Position numbers and translations under genes: made by a program
Part shown: positions 1 to 10,458 of the stretch, in pieces
Layout: each line of letters starts with the position of its first letter
How positions within the stretch are numbered: the stretch's first letter is position 1
Notes under the pieces: model-generated
Told to the model about the DNA's origin: nothing
Seen by the model: only the letters and a program-made list of their open reading frames with translations
Databases searched by the model: none
Assembly: GCA_036960375.1 (NCBI GenBank)
Contig: JBALVY010000001.1
Location: 384,563 to 448,562, forward strand
DNA from: Pseudomonadales bacterium
GTDB lineage: Bacteria > Pseudomonadota > Gammaproteobacteria > Pseudomonadales > CAWVSB01
Direction: 5' to 3'
Length of the DNA stretch: 64,000 nt

Positions 1-589
1 GGCCGTCAACCGCCCAGGCGCGGCCGACATCAGTTAATGGGATATCACCCTTATAGCTCATGGGCATGGGGTTATAGTTCAGTTCCTGGCTGGCGCCAAT
101 TTCGGAGGTGTAATAGCCGACGATCACCAATTCCTTCAATTTAATAAAGAAGGGAGACAAGTCTTCATCCAGATTGAGCATCATGGCCATGCCATCGTCG
201 CTCTGATACTCGCTTGCGGCAAGCTCCGCGGCTTCCAATAACAGGATTTGCTGCCCTTCCGTCAGATCTACATAGGGGGCGCCGTATTGCTGCTGTGCTT
301 CGGCGTTCAGATCTACCAGCCCGGAAAGAAAAATATCCCTTTCCGCCGGGGTATACCAGTTGCTGACTATGCCATTGATAAACTCGGGCACACCCGCAGC
401 AATGGCTCCAGGGGTATCCGTTGTAGGAATAACCAGCTCTGACAGCACTTCAATCAGTTTTGCATATTGCTGATCCAGCGGTTTTTCGTGCACTGATAGC
501 TCTGGATTGCTCAAGGCGCGAACCAGGGCAGGTGACAGGCTTAGACCCAGTGCAATACCCAGCGATTTGATAGCTTCACGACGATTCAT
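1..589 (-). CDS. Gluconate 2-dehydrogenase subunit 3-like protein with Tat-type signal; partial, 3' end runs off the window
   Basis: Not in the ORF track. My reverse-complement translation from the ATG (complement of 587-589) gives MNRREAIKSLGIALGLSLSPALVRA...YYTSEIGASQELNYNPMP. It has an RR-containing signal-like N-terminus, and the frame stays open to position 1. Confidence 0.55.
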   Translation of the reverse strand, partial: MNRREAIKSLGIALGLSLSPALVRALSNPELSVHEKPLDQQYAKLIEVLSELVIPTTDTPGAIAAGVPEFINGIVSNWYTPAERDIFLSGLVDLNAEAQQQYGAPYVDLTEGQQILLLEAAELAASEYQSDDGMAMMLNLDEDLSPFFIKLKELVIVGYYTSEIGASQELNYNPMPMSYKGDIPLTDVGRAWAVDG

Positions 590-729
590 AGGAAGTTCCC
601 CAACAATTTCAAGCATTGTTACACTTGCGCTTCAAAATAGATTAGTTAAATATCAGTAGTGTTATGTAATGATTACAGCCACTTGTGCTATACAAACACA
701 CCGAACTCGATTTCGCTATAGGCCTGACA

Positions 730-1590
730 ATGATAAAAAAGCTATTTAAGTACCTGTTTTTTCTTTTCCTGCTGGTGGTAGCGGTTTTATCCTGGCGAGC
801 CTATAAAGAGTTGGAGAAATCTGAAGTTTTCAAAGAGCCGGCCTATGAGTCGCAAGCCCCGGAGTTGCCGGCTGATTTTGGTGAAGGCGGCATACTGGTT
901 TTCAGCAAGACCAATAGCTATCGTCATTTTACCGCCATTGATGCAGTACAGGAATTATTTGTTGAATATGGCCTGGAGCGCGGCGTACCGGTCTATATTA
1001 CAGAAAATGGCGCAGTGCATAGTCCAGAACTGTTGGCCCGCTTTGATTTGGTGGTTTGGAATAATAATACCGGTGATGTGCTGAGCTTGCCCCAGCGTGC
1101 GGCACTGCGAGCCTATATTGAGGGCGGCGGCAGTTGGATGGGTATTCACGGTGCCGGCGGTAACCGCTCCTATGAGTGGGACTGGTTTGCGGATGAATTG
1201 CTGCGCGCGCGCTTTATCGGTCACCCGATGTTCCCGCAATTCCAAATGGGTAACATCATTAACGAAGCGCAAGAAGATGCGATTACTGCCCATATATCTC
1301 CTGTTTGGGCCTGGGAAGAGGAGTGGTACAGTTTTGCAGAAAGTCCGCGCCCCCGAACAAAGGTCTTATTGAGCCTTGACGATGAGAGTTATGCTCCCGT
1401 ATTGGATCTTAAAATGAATGGTGACCATCCGTTGGTTTGGCGGCATAAGCTTGGCCAGGGCTCGGTGTTTTTCTCGGCCTTGGGGCATAAAGGCAGCTAC
1501 TATAAAGACCCGACTCACAGAACAATGCTTAAGCAGGCCGCGGATTGGCTGCTGGCAGAAAAACACGCGCTGGAATCAGAGGCTCCTTAA
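730..1590 (+). CDS. ThuA domain-containing protein, membrane-anchored
   Basis: Track ORF 685..1590. ThuA-like motifs GGSWMGIHGAG and HPLVWRHKLGQGSVFFSALGH. The internal ATG at 730 (MIKKLFKYLFFLFLLVV, a hydrophobic anchor) is the more plausible start. Confidence 0.7.
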   Translation: MIKKLFKYLFFLFLLVVAVLSWRAYKELEKSEVFKEPAYESQAPELPADFGEGGILVFSKTNSYRHFTAIDAVQELFVEYGLERGVPVYITENGAVHSPELLARFDLVVWNNNTGDVLSLPQRAALRAYIEGGGSWMGIHGAGGNRSYEWDWFADELLRARFIGHPMFPQFQMGNIINEAQEDAITAHISPVWAWEEEWYSFAESPRPRTKVLLSLDDESYAPVLDLKMNGDHPLVWRHKLGQGSVFFSALGHKGSYYKDPTHRTMLKQAADWLLAEKHALESEAP

Positions 1591-2676
1591 ATGACGAAAT
1601 ATCCCCTGCTGATGAGTCTTCTCATGTTGGCCTTGCTAGCCTGTACCGAAGAAGCTCCGCAGCAACAGGCAGCAGCAACACAATTGAAGGTACATGTGCA
1701 TACTCTGCAGGCCACAACCTGGCAGGGCCGCTTACAGAGCTTTGGTGTCATTGAAGCAGCCGAAGAAATACCGGTAAGCGTCGATTTCCAGGGTATCGTG
1801 AGTCGCGTACTGGTCAAAGAAGGCCAACATATCTCCAAGGGCGATCTGCTGATTGAAATGGATGCAGAAAAAGCCAGCTTACGGGTTGAGCAAGCAGAAC
1901 AAATGGTAAGTCGGGCGAAAGCAGTGATGGACGAGGCACGCCTTAATCTAGACCGACGGCATCAATTAGCTGAAAAAGAGACTGTTTCCAAGGAAGTTCT
2001 GGGGAATTCTCGACTGGCGCTCGATTCAGCGGTTACTGAATATCGCGAGGCGCTTGCTACGCGACAACTGGCTCAGCGGGAATTAAAAGATACCCGTGTT
2101 ATTAGTCCGGTAAATGGCGCAATCGATATAAAGTCGGTAGAGGGCGGCGAAACAGTGATGGCCGGAGCGCAGCTGTTGACAATACAAGCGACAGATGTGC
2201 TGGCGGTTAAGACCTGGATCAGCGAGAAAGATATTAACTTTATCCGGCCTGGCGACAGCGCGGTAATTACTTTGGCAGGAATGACCGGCCGGCAATATGA
2301 AGGGGTCGTTGAATGGGTCGGGGTTAATGCACATGAAGACACTGGCAACTTTCCAGCGCAATTAATCATTGACCCTGCAGGCGACCCTGTTCGACCGGGG
2401 ATGACGGCAAAGGTGAATATTCAGGGCTTTGAATTACCCGAAACGCTGGTTCTGCCAGAGGATGCACTGGTAGATAGAAACCGTCGTAGAGTGGTGTTTG
2501 TAGTAGAAGAGGGGCGTGCAGTAATGAGAGAACCTCTGTTGGGTGCAGGCATGGTCGATAGTCTGTTTATCTACAGCGGTTTAGTGCCCGGCGAGAAGGT
2601 GATTGTCGGTCATCTGGATCATGTAATCGATGGTGTCAACGTCAGTATTCTCAACGAAGACTCGGTCGCTCAATGA
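1591..2676 (+). CDS. Efflux RND transporter periplasmic adaptor (MFP/HlyD family)
   Basis: 361 aa with a lipoprotein-like N-terminus (LLACT), a coiled-coil hairpin region and a beta-barrel C-terminus. It overlaps the downstream RND pump by 4 nt. Confidence 0.85.
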   Translation: MTKYPLLMSLLMLALLACTEEAPQQQAAATQLKVHVHTLQATTWQGRLQSFGVIEAAEEIPVSVDFQGIVSRVLVKEGQHISKGDLLIEMDAEKASLRVEQAEQMVSRAKAVMDEARLNLDRRHQLAEKETVSKEVLGNSRLALDSAVTEYREALATRQLAQRELKDTRVISPVNGAIDIKSVEGGETVMAGAQLLTIQATDVLAVKTWISEKDINFIRPGDSAVITLAGMTGRQYEGVVEWVGVNAHEDTGNFPAQLIIDPAGDPVRPGMTAKVNIQGFELPETLVLPEDALVDRNRRRVVFVVEEGRAVMREPLLGAGMVDSLFIYSGLVPGEKVIVGHLDHVIDGVNVSILNEDSVAQ

Positions 2677-5600
2677 AGGCCATCATTCGTTTTTTTGTCG
2701 AGCGGCCACTGGTCGTTAACCTGATCATGTTTGTGGTGTTTTTGGCCGGTTACGCGACCATTGGTGGTATGCGCTACGAGTACAACCCCACCGTCGATAT
2801 GGGTTCGCTTAACATTACTACTATTCGTGCAGGCAGTGGTCCGGAAGAAATTGAGCTGGCCATTACCCTGCCACTGGAAGAAGAACTACTGAAAGTCGAT
2901 GGTATCGATAAAATCTATTCCCGCAGTCTGGAAGGCATGTCATTAATCACCGTGCGTCTGGACGTCAATATTGGCGATAAACGCAAGGCGCTTAACGATC
3001 TGCAAAAGGCGGTAGACCGGGCAGAAAGTCGCCTGCCAGCGGACTTACTAGAACGACCCGTCGTTGAAGAATTGTCAACGCTGCAAACACCCGTCGCAGA
3101 AGTTCATATTCAAGGTGACGTGTCCGAAGAATTATTGCGTCAGGTTGCACGCAAGGTTTCGGACGGCCTGCGTGAGGTGGGCGGTGTAGCAGGCGTAATT
3201 AAAACCGGTTACCGACGACCGGAAGTCAAGATTCAGCTGTCGCCTGAAATTCAGGCGCGTTTGGGGATTTCTCTGGCAGAAATTACCGATGCTATTCATC
3301 AGCGCAACGTGCGTGATAGCGGGGGGGCGTTGGCCTCTTTTGCGACTGAAAAAAAGGTGGTCACGGTAGGCCAGTTTGCCAACCCGCGTGAAGTTGAGCA
3401 GGTAGTATTACGCAGTGTTGAACCGGGTAATGCGGTTCGGCTACGCGATGTAGCGACAGTTGTTATGGACTACGAAGACTGGGATTTGCAGTCGCGTACA
3501 AATGGCCAGTTGAGCATTTCATTGTTGGCGCGCAAACAAGCAACGGCTGATGAATTGCATACTGCACAAAATATTCGCGATTATGTTGAGAGAATAAAAC
3601 CGGGCCTACCGCAGGGGGTTAAGGCCAGTGTGGTCAACGATATCTCTCGATTGACCGTCAATATGTTGGAAATGTTAATCAGCAATGCGGTTCTGGGTTT
3701 TGCTCTGGTTTTCCTACTACTCTGCTATTTCTTGAATATTCGTTATGCGGCTTGGGTGGCTGTGGGTATTCCGTTTTCTATCTGCCTGACATTCATGTTG
3801 TGTGCCGCTTACGGTATCAGCATAAACTCGATTACCCTGACCGCGGTCATCTTGTTAATGGGTATTTTGGTCGATGACGCTATAGTTGTCAGTGAAAATA
3901 TTCAGCGCTTAAGAGAGCAGGGTTTGACTCCGGCGCAGGCCAGTATTCAGGGCGCTAGTGAGGTGGCCAAACCAGTCATTTATAGTGCCCTGACTACGAT
4001 GCTGGCATTTTCACCTTTGTTAGCTATAAAAGGCGACATTGCCGAATTTATGGTGGCCTTTCCTATCACGGTCATTTTACTGCTGAGTGTGTCGCTGTTT
4101 GAAAGTCAGTGTTTATTGCCAAGCCATTTGGCCGGGATTAAGCAGCTGCCGGTTTCTAGCTCTGATTCCGGTTTTAGGCGGCTTCAAGCGCGTTATCAGC
4201 GACTGATTAACCGCTTGTTGCGACGGCGCCTGTTGACCCTGTTTCTATTTGTGAGTGCCTTTGTGGGTATTCTCATTTTTGGTGCGATGACGATAAAGTT
4301 TCACATGTTTCCCGAAGTGGATATCGACACCATCAACGTGAAGGTGGAAATGCCTATTGGTACCAGCTTTGAGCAAACGGCGAATGCCGTAAAACGTCTG
4401 GAACTTGAGCTACAGAAAGAATTGCCGATGGAGGAAGTGGTTGATGTTGTGTCACAAATTGGGCACCACGACACCGATATCTATGGTTTTACCGAGGGCT
4501 TTAATAAGTCATGGGCGGTTATATCTATCTATCTGAAGCCGGTTAACCAGCGCCAGACAGATACTTATGAATTGGTTGACAAGTTGCGTACATGGATCGC
4601 CCCTATGTCAGGTTTTCGTTCGCTAGCAGTCGACCCGCTAGTGGATATCCCGGTAAACGGTAAACCCATTGAGCTGGACATTATTGGTAGCGGCAATGAA
4701 CGATATACCGTAGCCGAAGATTTTCTGGTTTGGTTGCGTCAACATCCCCATGTGACTAACGCGTGGACCAGCTATAACCCCGGTAAAGATATCGTAGACC
4801 TGGAGATTAACCACGCACTATTGGCAGCGCGAGGGCTGACAGTGCGTGACGTAACCTTGGCGGTGCGTGTCGCCATGGATGGTTTGTTGGTGGACGAATT
4901 ACAAACATTGGACGAAAGAGTGCGTTTTCGTTTGCAGTATCCGCAGGGTGTATCGGGGCAGCTTGAAGCTTTGAAAGGTTTGTTTGTGGTCAACAGTCGC
5001 GGCCAGGCCATTGCACTCAAAGGCGTAGTCGATTTTGTGGTGCGCCCGGGTGAGGCGGACATAAAACATTATTTTGGCCAGCGCACGGTGACTGTATTTG
5101 CTGATATAAATCGTGGTGCCGTTGATATAGAAGAAATTAATAAGCAGGCGAGCGAGTATGTCGCCGAGCAAGGTTTTGAAAGCCGTTATCCTGAATTGCG
5201 CTTATGGTTTGGCGGTGAGTTAGAGCAACAACGGGAATCAACCGGGGCTATGGGGCAGGGATTCCTCATGGCAGTGGTGGCAATTTTTGCCATATTGGTG
5301 CTATTGTTTAACTCAATTTCGCAGCCGATGATTATCATGCTGTGTATCCCCTTTGGTATGACTGGCGTGATCATCGGCTTTGGCTTGCAGGGTGAGGCGC
5401 TGGGTATGATGGCGCTAACCGGTATTATCGGATTGATTGGTGTTTTGGTAAATGATTCGCTAGTGCTCATGCATCGCTTGAATGTGGTTCGTAACGACAA
5501 GGGCGAGCACCTGAATGTAGACGAGATTGCCACCATTTGTGGCCAGCGCTTCCGGCCTATTATGATTACCTCACTCACAACCACAGTGGGTTTGTTTCCT

Positions 5601-5789
5601 ACCGCCTATGGCATTCTTGGAGAGAACTCTTATGTCACGCCGATGGTTATGGCCATGGCTTGGGGGGTGATGTTTGGTGGCGTGGTGTCGTTGATTCTTC
5701 TGCCGGTTTTGTACGCACTTGATCAGGATATCCGCGCTGGCTGGGCACGACTATTTGGCCGTGCAGAGACCCAAAAGCCAAGTGTCTAA
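2673..5789 (+). CDS. Efflux RND transporter permease (AcrB/AcrD/AcrF family)
   Basis: 1038 aa, 12-TM RND architecture. The conserved VDDAIVV and LVNDSLVL TM4/TM10-type motifs are present. Confidence 0.9.
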   Translation: MKAIIRFFVERPLVVNLIMFVVFLAGYATIGGMRYEYNPTVDMGSLNITTIRAGSGPEEIELAITLPLEEELLKVDGIDKIYSRSLEGMSLITVRLDVNIGDKRKALNDLQKAVDRAESRLPADLLERPVVEELSTLQTPVAEVHIQGDVSEELLRQVARKVSDGLREVGGVAGVIKTGYRRPEVKIQLSPEIQARLGISLAEITDAIHQRNVRDSGGALASFATEKKVVTVGQFANPREVEQVVLRSVEPGNAVRLRDVATVVMDYEDWDLQSRTNGQLSISLLARKQATADELHTAQNIRDYVERIKPGLPQGVKASVVNDISRLTVNMLEMLISNAVLGFALVFLLLCYFLNIRYAAWVAVGIPFSICLTFMLCAAYGISINSITLTAVILLMGILVDDAIVVSENIQRLREQGLTPAQASIQGASEVAKPVIYSALTTMLAFSPLLAIKGDIAEFMVAFPITVILLLSVSLFESQCLLPSHLAGIKQLPVSSSDSGFRRLQARYQRLINRLLRRRLLTLFLFVSAFVGILIFGAMTIKFHMFPEVDIDTINVKVEMPIGTSFEQTANAVKRLELELQKELPMEEVVDVVSQIGHHDTDIYGFTEGFNKSWAVISIYLKPVNQRQTDTYELVDKLRTWIAPMSGFRSLAVDPLVDIPVNGKPIELDIIGSGNERYTVAEDFLVWLRQHPHVTNAWTSYNPGKDIVDLEINHALLAARGLTVRDVTLAVRVAMDGLLVDELQTLDERVRFRLQYPQGVSGQLEALKGLFVVNSRGQAIALKGVVDFVVRPGEADIKHYFGQRTVTVFADINRGAVDIEEINKQASEYVAEQGFESRYPELRLWFGGELEQQRESTGAMGQGFLMAVVAIFAILVLLFNSISQPMIIMLCIPFGMTGVIIGFGLQGEALGMMALTGIIGLIGVLVNDSLVLMHRLNVVRNDKGEHLNVDEIATICGQRFRPIMITSLTTTVGLFPTAYGILGENSYVTPMVMAMAWGVMFGGVVSLILLPVLYALDQDIRAGWARLFGRAETQKPSV

Positions 5790-8354
5790 ATGATGAAAAC
5801 TCCCTTGTTGGTCGGTGTGGATCTACCAATCAATGATGTTCTCGCCGAGCTTGAGACAGCTCTGGCTTCAAGGGATGAAGCAGTACTTGAAGCCCCGCCA
5901 GGGGCGGGTAAAACCACCGTAATACCGCTAGCCTTACTGGACTCGCCGTGGCTGGCAGGCCGCAAAATTCTGATGTTGGAACCCCGTCGCCTGGCTGCCC
6001 GAGCCGCAGCAGAGCGCATGGCGCAAACGCTGGGTGAAAAAGTGGGGGAAACGGTCGGCTACCGTGTCCGCCTGGACAGCAAAGTCAGTGCCGCCACCCG
6101 TATCGAGGTGATCACCGAGGGCATATTGACCCGCATGCTGCAGGATGACCCTGCCCTAGAGCAGATCGGCCTACTTATATTCGACGAATTTCACGAGCGT
6201 AGTTTGGATGCAGATCTTGGCCTGGCCCTGACACTGCAAGGTCGCGAACTATTTTCTGACACCAGAGAATCACCACTTAAGTTACTGCTGATGTCGGCTA
6301 CGCTCAACGGCACAGAAGTGAGCAAGCTTTTAGACAATGCTCCCATAGTGAGTAGTCACGGGCAGATGTTTCCGGTAAAGCTGCACTATGCTGCGCCTTT
6401 TCAATTTAGAGAGGATGTCATCGCCCGAGTATGTGAAACGGTGTTGCTCGCGCTGGCAGAAGAGCAAGGCAGCGTTTTGGTTTTTTTACCGGGCCAAGGT
6501 GAAATACGGCGTGTATACCAAAGACTGCAACAATCTCTGTCGCACCGAGAAGAGATTGAGCTGGCACCTCTTTATGGTGACCTGAGTCTTGCGGAGCAGC
6601 GACGGGCGATAGAGGCACCAGCGGCGGGGCAGCGCAAAGTCGTACTGGCGACCAGCCTGGCAGAGACCAGTCTAACCATTAATGGCGTGCGAGTAGTCAT
6701 TGACGCCGGACTGTCTCGCTTGCCGTCTTTTGACCCGGCAACCGGTATGACTCGGCTGCAAACTTGTAGAGTATCAAAAGCATCTTCGATTCAGCGTATG
6801 GGCCGGGCAGGGCGTACCGAGCCTGGCAGTTGTTATCGATTATGGTCGGCGTCCCAGCAGGACAGCCTGGCAGCATTTACCCCGCCAGAGATTCTAGCTG
6901 CCGACTTAGCGCCACTGGCATTACAACTACTGCGTTGGGGGGTGGGTGAGCCACAAGAGTTAAAGTGGCTGGATGCGCCGCCACAGGCACCCTGGCAACA
7001 AGCCATCGATTTACTTGTTAGCCTTGGTGCGGCCGCCCCGGATGCGAGTGCCAATTACCAATTAACGCCGCATGGTTTGGCAATGGCGACTCTTCCCGTA
7101 CATCCCCGGTTAGCTCATCTATTGTTAGTTGGTAGCCGACTTGGTTTAAAGGCTCTGGCCTGTGATATAGCTGCACTTTTGGGAGAGCGAGACCTACTGG
7201 CATCGTCTGGCCGACCAGCTCCCGTTGATATACATCTGCGGCTCGATGTTTTAGACGGCAGTCAAAAAGCCGGACGGCAACAGCAAGGGATAGTACAAAG
7301 AGTGCGGCAGCAAAGTAAGCAGTTGCGAAAATCATTGGCACAACATGCGGCACAAGATCCCGTAGTTGATCCAGAGCATGAGCGTTGGGCCGGTTTTCTT
7401 CTGGCCTGTGCCTACCCGGACCGAATTGCCGCGCGTCGCCGCTCGGGCGGGGCGAGTTATCAATTGAGTAATGGGCGTTCAGCCGAGCTGCCCGATGGTG
7501 ATGGATTACAAAGTCATGAATGGCTATCTATCGGCCAGATAGGCGGCCTGAACGACAAGGCCAGCGACAAAATCTATCTGGCGGCAAAATTGGATAAAAA
7601 CCTGTTTAATAATGTGTTGGCAGATACTGTTGATACAAGTGACCTCGTCGAGTGGAATAATCAAACCGAACGCATAGTGATGGAGCGGCAGGCAAAAGTT
7701 GGCGCGTTGGTACTGTGGCGAAAAGAGCTGCAACAAGCAGACCACAGCGCTAAACAGAAAGTCTTGCTTGAACTGGTAAGAAGGAAAGGCCTTGGTGTAT
7801 TGAACTGGAGTAGCGAGGTAATACAGCTGCGTGATCGAGTGCTGACCCTACATAGGCTAAATAGCGAAACATGGCCAGATTTCTCCGACCACGGCTTACT
7901 GGAGAATCTGGAGCAATGGTTGCTACCCTATTTGCAGTCAGTCAGTTTACTCAGCCATTTCAAACAGCTGGATTTACTCAGTATATTGCAGTCAGCGCTT
8001 GGCTGGCCTTTACCCAGGCTGCTCGATGAACAAGCACCGCGCCGCTTTAGCCTGGCCAAAGGCAAAAGTGCGGCCATCGACTATAGTCAAAACCCACCGG
8101 TGCTGGCAGTAAAATTACAATCAATGTTTGGCTGTACCGATACCCCGGTCATAGCAGGTGGCCAGCTGCCCCTGTTAATACACCTGCTATCGCCAGCCGG
8201 TCGCCCATTACAGGTGACCCAGGACCTCGCCGGCTTTTGGATCAGCAGTTACCACGAGGTAAAAAAAGATATGAAAGGCCGCTACCCCAAACACGCCTGG
8301 CCAGATGACCCAATGTCCTATACTGGGCCTGAGTACACGCGGCGCAAAAAATAA
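5790..8354 (+). CDS. hrpB: ATP-dependent RNA helicase HrpB
   Basis: 854 aa. Walker A is APPGAGKTT and the DEAH-type box is DEFHERS. The HrpB-type C-terminal domain ends ...KGRYPKHAWPDDP. Confidence 0.9.
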   Translation: MMKTPLLVGVDLPINDVLAELETALASRDEAVLEAPPGAGKTTVIPLALLDSPWLAGRKILMLEPRRLAARAAAERMAQTLGEKVGETVGYRVRLDSKVSAATRIEVITEGILTRMLQDDPALEQIGLLIFDEFHERSLDADLGLALTLQGRELFSDTRESPLKLLLMSATLNGTEVSKLLDNAPIVSSHGQMFPVKLHYAAPFQFREDVIARVCETVLLALAEEQGSVLVFLPGQGEIRRVYQRLQQSLSHREEIELAPLYGDLSLAEQRRAIEAPAAGQRKVVLATSLAETSLTINGVRVVIDAGLSRLPSFDPATGMTRLQTCRVSKASSIQRMGRAGRTEPGSCYRLWSASQQDSLAAFTPPEILAADLAPLALQLLRWGVGEPQELKWLDAPPQAPWQQAIDLLVSLGAAAPDASANYQLTPHGLAMATLPVHPRLAHLLLVGSRLGLKALACDIAALLGERDLLASSGRPAPVDIHLRLDVLDGSQKAGRQQQGIVQRVRQQSKQLRKSLAQHAAQDPVVDPEHERWAGFLLACAYPDRIAARRRSGGASYQLSNGRSAELPDGDGLQSHEWLSIGQIGGLNDKASDKIYLAAKLDKNLFNNVLADTVDTSDLVEWNNQTERIVMERQAKVGALVLWRKELQQADHSAKQKVLLELVRRKGLGVLNWSSEVIQLRDRVLTLHRLNSETWPDFSDHGLLENLEQWLLPYLQSVSLLSHFKQLDLLSILQSALGWPLPRLLDEQAPRRFSLAKGKSAAIDYSQNPPVLAVKLQSMFGCTDTPVIAGGQLPLLIHLLSPAGRPLQVTQDLAGFWISSYHEVKKDMKGRYPKHAWPDDPMSYTGPEYTRRKK

Positions 8355-8567
8355 TAGGAGTATTCTTATTGTAGGCTGCTCAGAGGGCATTCCGATAGGG
8401 CGTACTGACTATCGCATGTTCAGTGGAATTCATAGAGAATGAAGCTAGCACCGATGTGGGATTTATAGGCCATAAATTCTCCATCTCAAGTTCTGTTCCT
8501 GCGAGTTTGATTCATCTGAAAAACGGTGGACAGTTAATCAGCAAATCTCTTGATGGAGGAATTATCT

Positions 8568-9167
8568 ATGCCAAAATTTCTACAGACTACTATTATGGGG
8601 GGAATACTATTTATTCTTCCTTTGGTTATTTTGATCGCCGTTGTGGGTAAAGCTATGTCAATCGTCGATGTACTGGCCACACCTTTTTTAACTTACTTGC
8701 CTGTTGAAACTATCGCCGGAGTGGCGGTAATCCACATTCTTTCTTTGCTTATCGTTATTTTCCTATGTTTTCTAGCCGGTATTGCTTCCGGCGCGCCCGC
8801 AGTCGCCCGCTGGGTGTCTGCCCTGGAGGATAATGTTCTGATGAAGCTGCCGCCCTACGTACTGCTGAAGGCTAAAACCAGCAGTATGCTAAACTTGGCA
8901 GAGTCTAATGAGCTCGCACCAATCCTCGTGCGATTTGATGATTCATGGCAGATGGCCTATGGCATAGAATCGGTTCCGGGGGATAAGCAGCTGATTTTCC
9001 TGCCGGGAGCCCCAGATGCCTGGTCCGGGTCGGTTTGTATTGTTGAAAACGAGCGCGTCAAATCATTGGGCACCAGTGTTAAGTCGATTGCTTCCTCGAT
9101 GGGGCAGCTTGGCAAGGGTGCTGCTGGTTTTCTGGATACGTCTGGTGGTGAACTAGATAAAAACTAA
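8568..9167 (+). CDS. DUF502 domain-containing membrane protein
   Basis: Track ORF 8550..9167. The ATG at 8568 sits 7 nt after GGAGGA. N-terminus FLQTTIMGGILFILPLVILIAVVGK and two TM helices are typical of DUF502. Confidence 0.6.
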   Translation: MPKFLQTTIMGGILFILPLVILIAVVGKAMSIVDVLATPFLTYLPVETIAGVAVIHILSLLIVIFLCFLAGIASGAPAVARWVSALEDNVLMKLPPYVLLKAKTSSMLNLAESNELAPILVRFDDSWQMAYGIESVPGDKQLIFLPGAPDAWSGSVCIVENERVKSLGTSVKSIASSMGQLGKGAAGFLDTSGGELDKN

Positions 9168-9180
9168 GCTGGTAAACAAT

Positions 9181-9744
9181 ATGAAGTGTTCAGTCTATAT
9201 AGCAACAAGCGCTGATGGCTACATTGCAGAAGAAGATGGAAGCGTTGGGTGGCTCGACACTGCTGGAAACCCCGATGCGGATATGAGCGAGAACCCTGAC
9301 ATGGGTTTCGGCGAGTTCCTCGGTTCAGTAGATTGCCTTGTTATGGGGCGTAAATGCATGGACATGATTTCCAGTATGAATTTAACCCCTGAGCAATGGC
9401 CATACGGCGATGCCCACGTTGTAGTATTGAGTAGCACTGTAAAGGTAGCACCGAAAAATTTACTAGGTAAAGTGGAATTACATTCTGGAAAAATAGCTGA
9501 TTTGGTTAAAGAGTTAGATCAAAGGGGCTTTAAGCATGCTTATATAGACGGTGGCACAACAATAACCGCCTTCATTAATGAAAATCTTATAAATGAAATA
9601 ACAATCACCAAAGTACCTGTGCTTCTGGGCGCCGGTATACCTCTATTTGGCAATATCTCTCAAAATGTAAAACTAACACATGCTCGAGCTACTGCCTTTC
9701 CAAATGACTTTATTCAAGTTAAGTACAATGTTAATTATCTATAA
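9181..9744 (+). CDS. Dihydrofolate reductase family protein (RibD C-terminal domain)
   Basis: 187 aa. The pattern SADGYIA...VMGRK...YIDGGTTITAFINENLINEITITKVPVLLGAGIPLF matches RibD_C-like reductases. Confidence 0.7.
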   Translation: MKCSVYIATSADGYIAEEDGSVGWLDTAGNPDADMSENPDMGFGEFLGSVDCLVMGRKCMDMISSMNLTPEQWPYGDAHVVVLSSTVKVAPKNLLGKVELHSGKIADLVKELDQRGFKHAYIDGGTTITAFINENLINEITITKVPVLLGAGIPLFGNISQNVKLTHARATAFPNDFIQVKYNVNYL

Positions 9745-9834
9745 CGCGCGCGAGCACTCAGCATAATTTTGTGCTGCGCTTCCCTCTGACTGTTGCTGCA
9801 CGCATTGGGCACCTTTACACTCGAAGGATAACGT

Positions 9835-10233
9835 ATGTCTATTCCATTAATATGCATTTCCCTATTAGGTTTTTTAGTTATAGGGCTTGGCTTTGCAGTT
9901 TCATCATTCAGAGCAAAAGAAGACGTACTCTTTGAGTATCCAGTTGATCCCGAGAATAGCCTTTATAAGGCTGTTAGGGCTCACGGCAATACAATTGAAT
10001 ATGCTCCAATACTCGCATTACTTATTTATATATTGGGCCAATATGAGGCATCAGGCTGGATTTTATGGTGTATGGTTCTGGCGACATTTTGCCGTTATCT
10101 ACACGCTGCGGGCATTATGTTTCCCCAATCAGTAGCAAAACCCAATCCTATGCGCTTCATCGGCGCTTTAGGTACTTACATTTCGGGCTTTGGTTTATGT
10201 ATTGCGCTATTTCTTCAAGCAATCTGTGCATAA
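9835..10233 (+). CDS. MAPEG family membrane protein
   Basis: 132 aa with four hydrophobic helices and the RAHGNTIEYAP motif (RxHxNxxExxP). Confidence 0.6.
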   Translation: MSIPLICISLLGFLVIGLGFAVSSFRAKEDVLFEYPVDPENSLYKAVRAHGNTIEYAPILALLIYILGQYEASGWILWCMVLATFCRYLHAAGIMFPQSVAKPNPMRFIGALGTYISGFGLCIALFLQAICA

Positions 10234-10458
10234 GCAGTTGAGGTTAATCGCTGCTTCGCGGTTGGGGCGCGCTATTACATGCGCATAAAGCGCGGCGCTA
10301 GGCTGCAGGTATAACCAGGATCGCTTACAGGTAGAGCTGGGGTATCAATCACCCGCGAAATATGAAAAGCTACGCGTATTAAGATTGCCCTCAAAGCTGT
10401 TATAAGATCACTGCGCGGACAGTTTTTTGTGGAATACCACAGTAGCAGGAATAGATTT

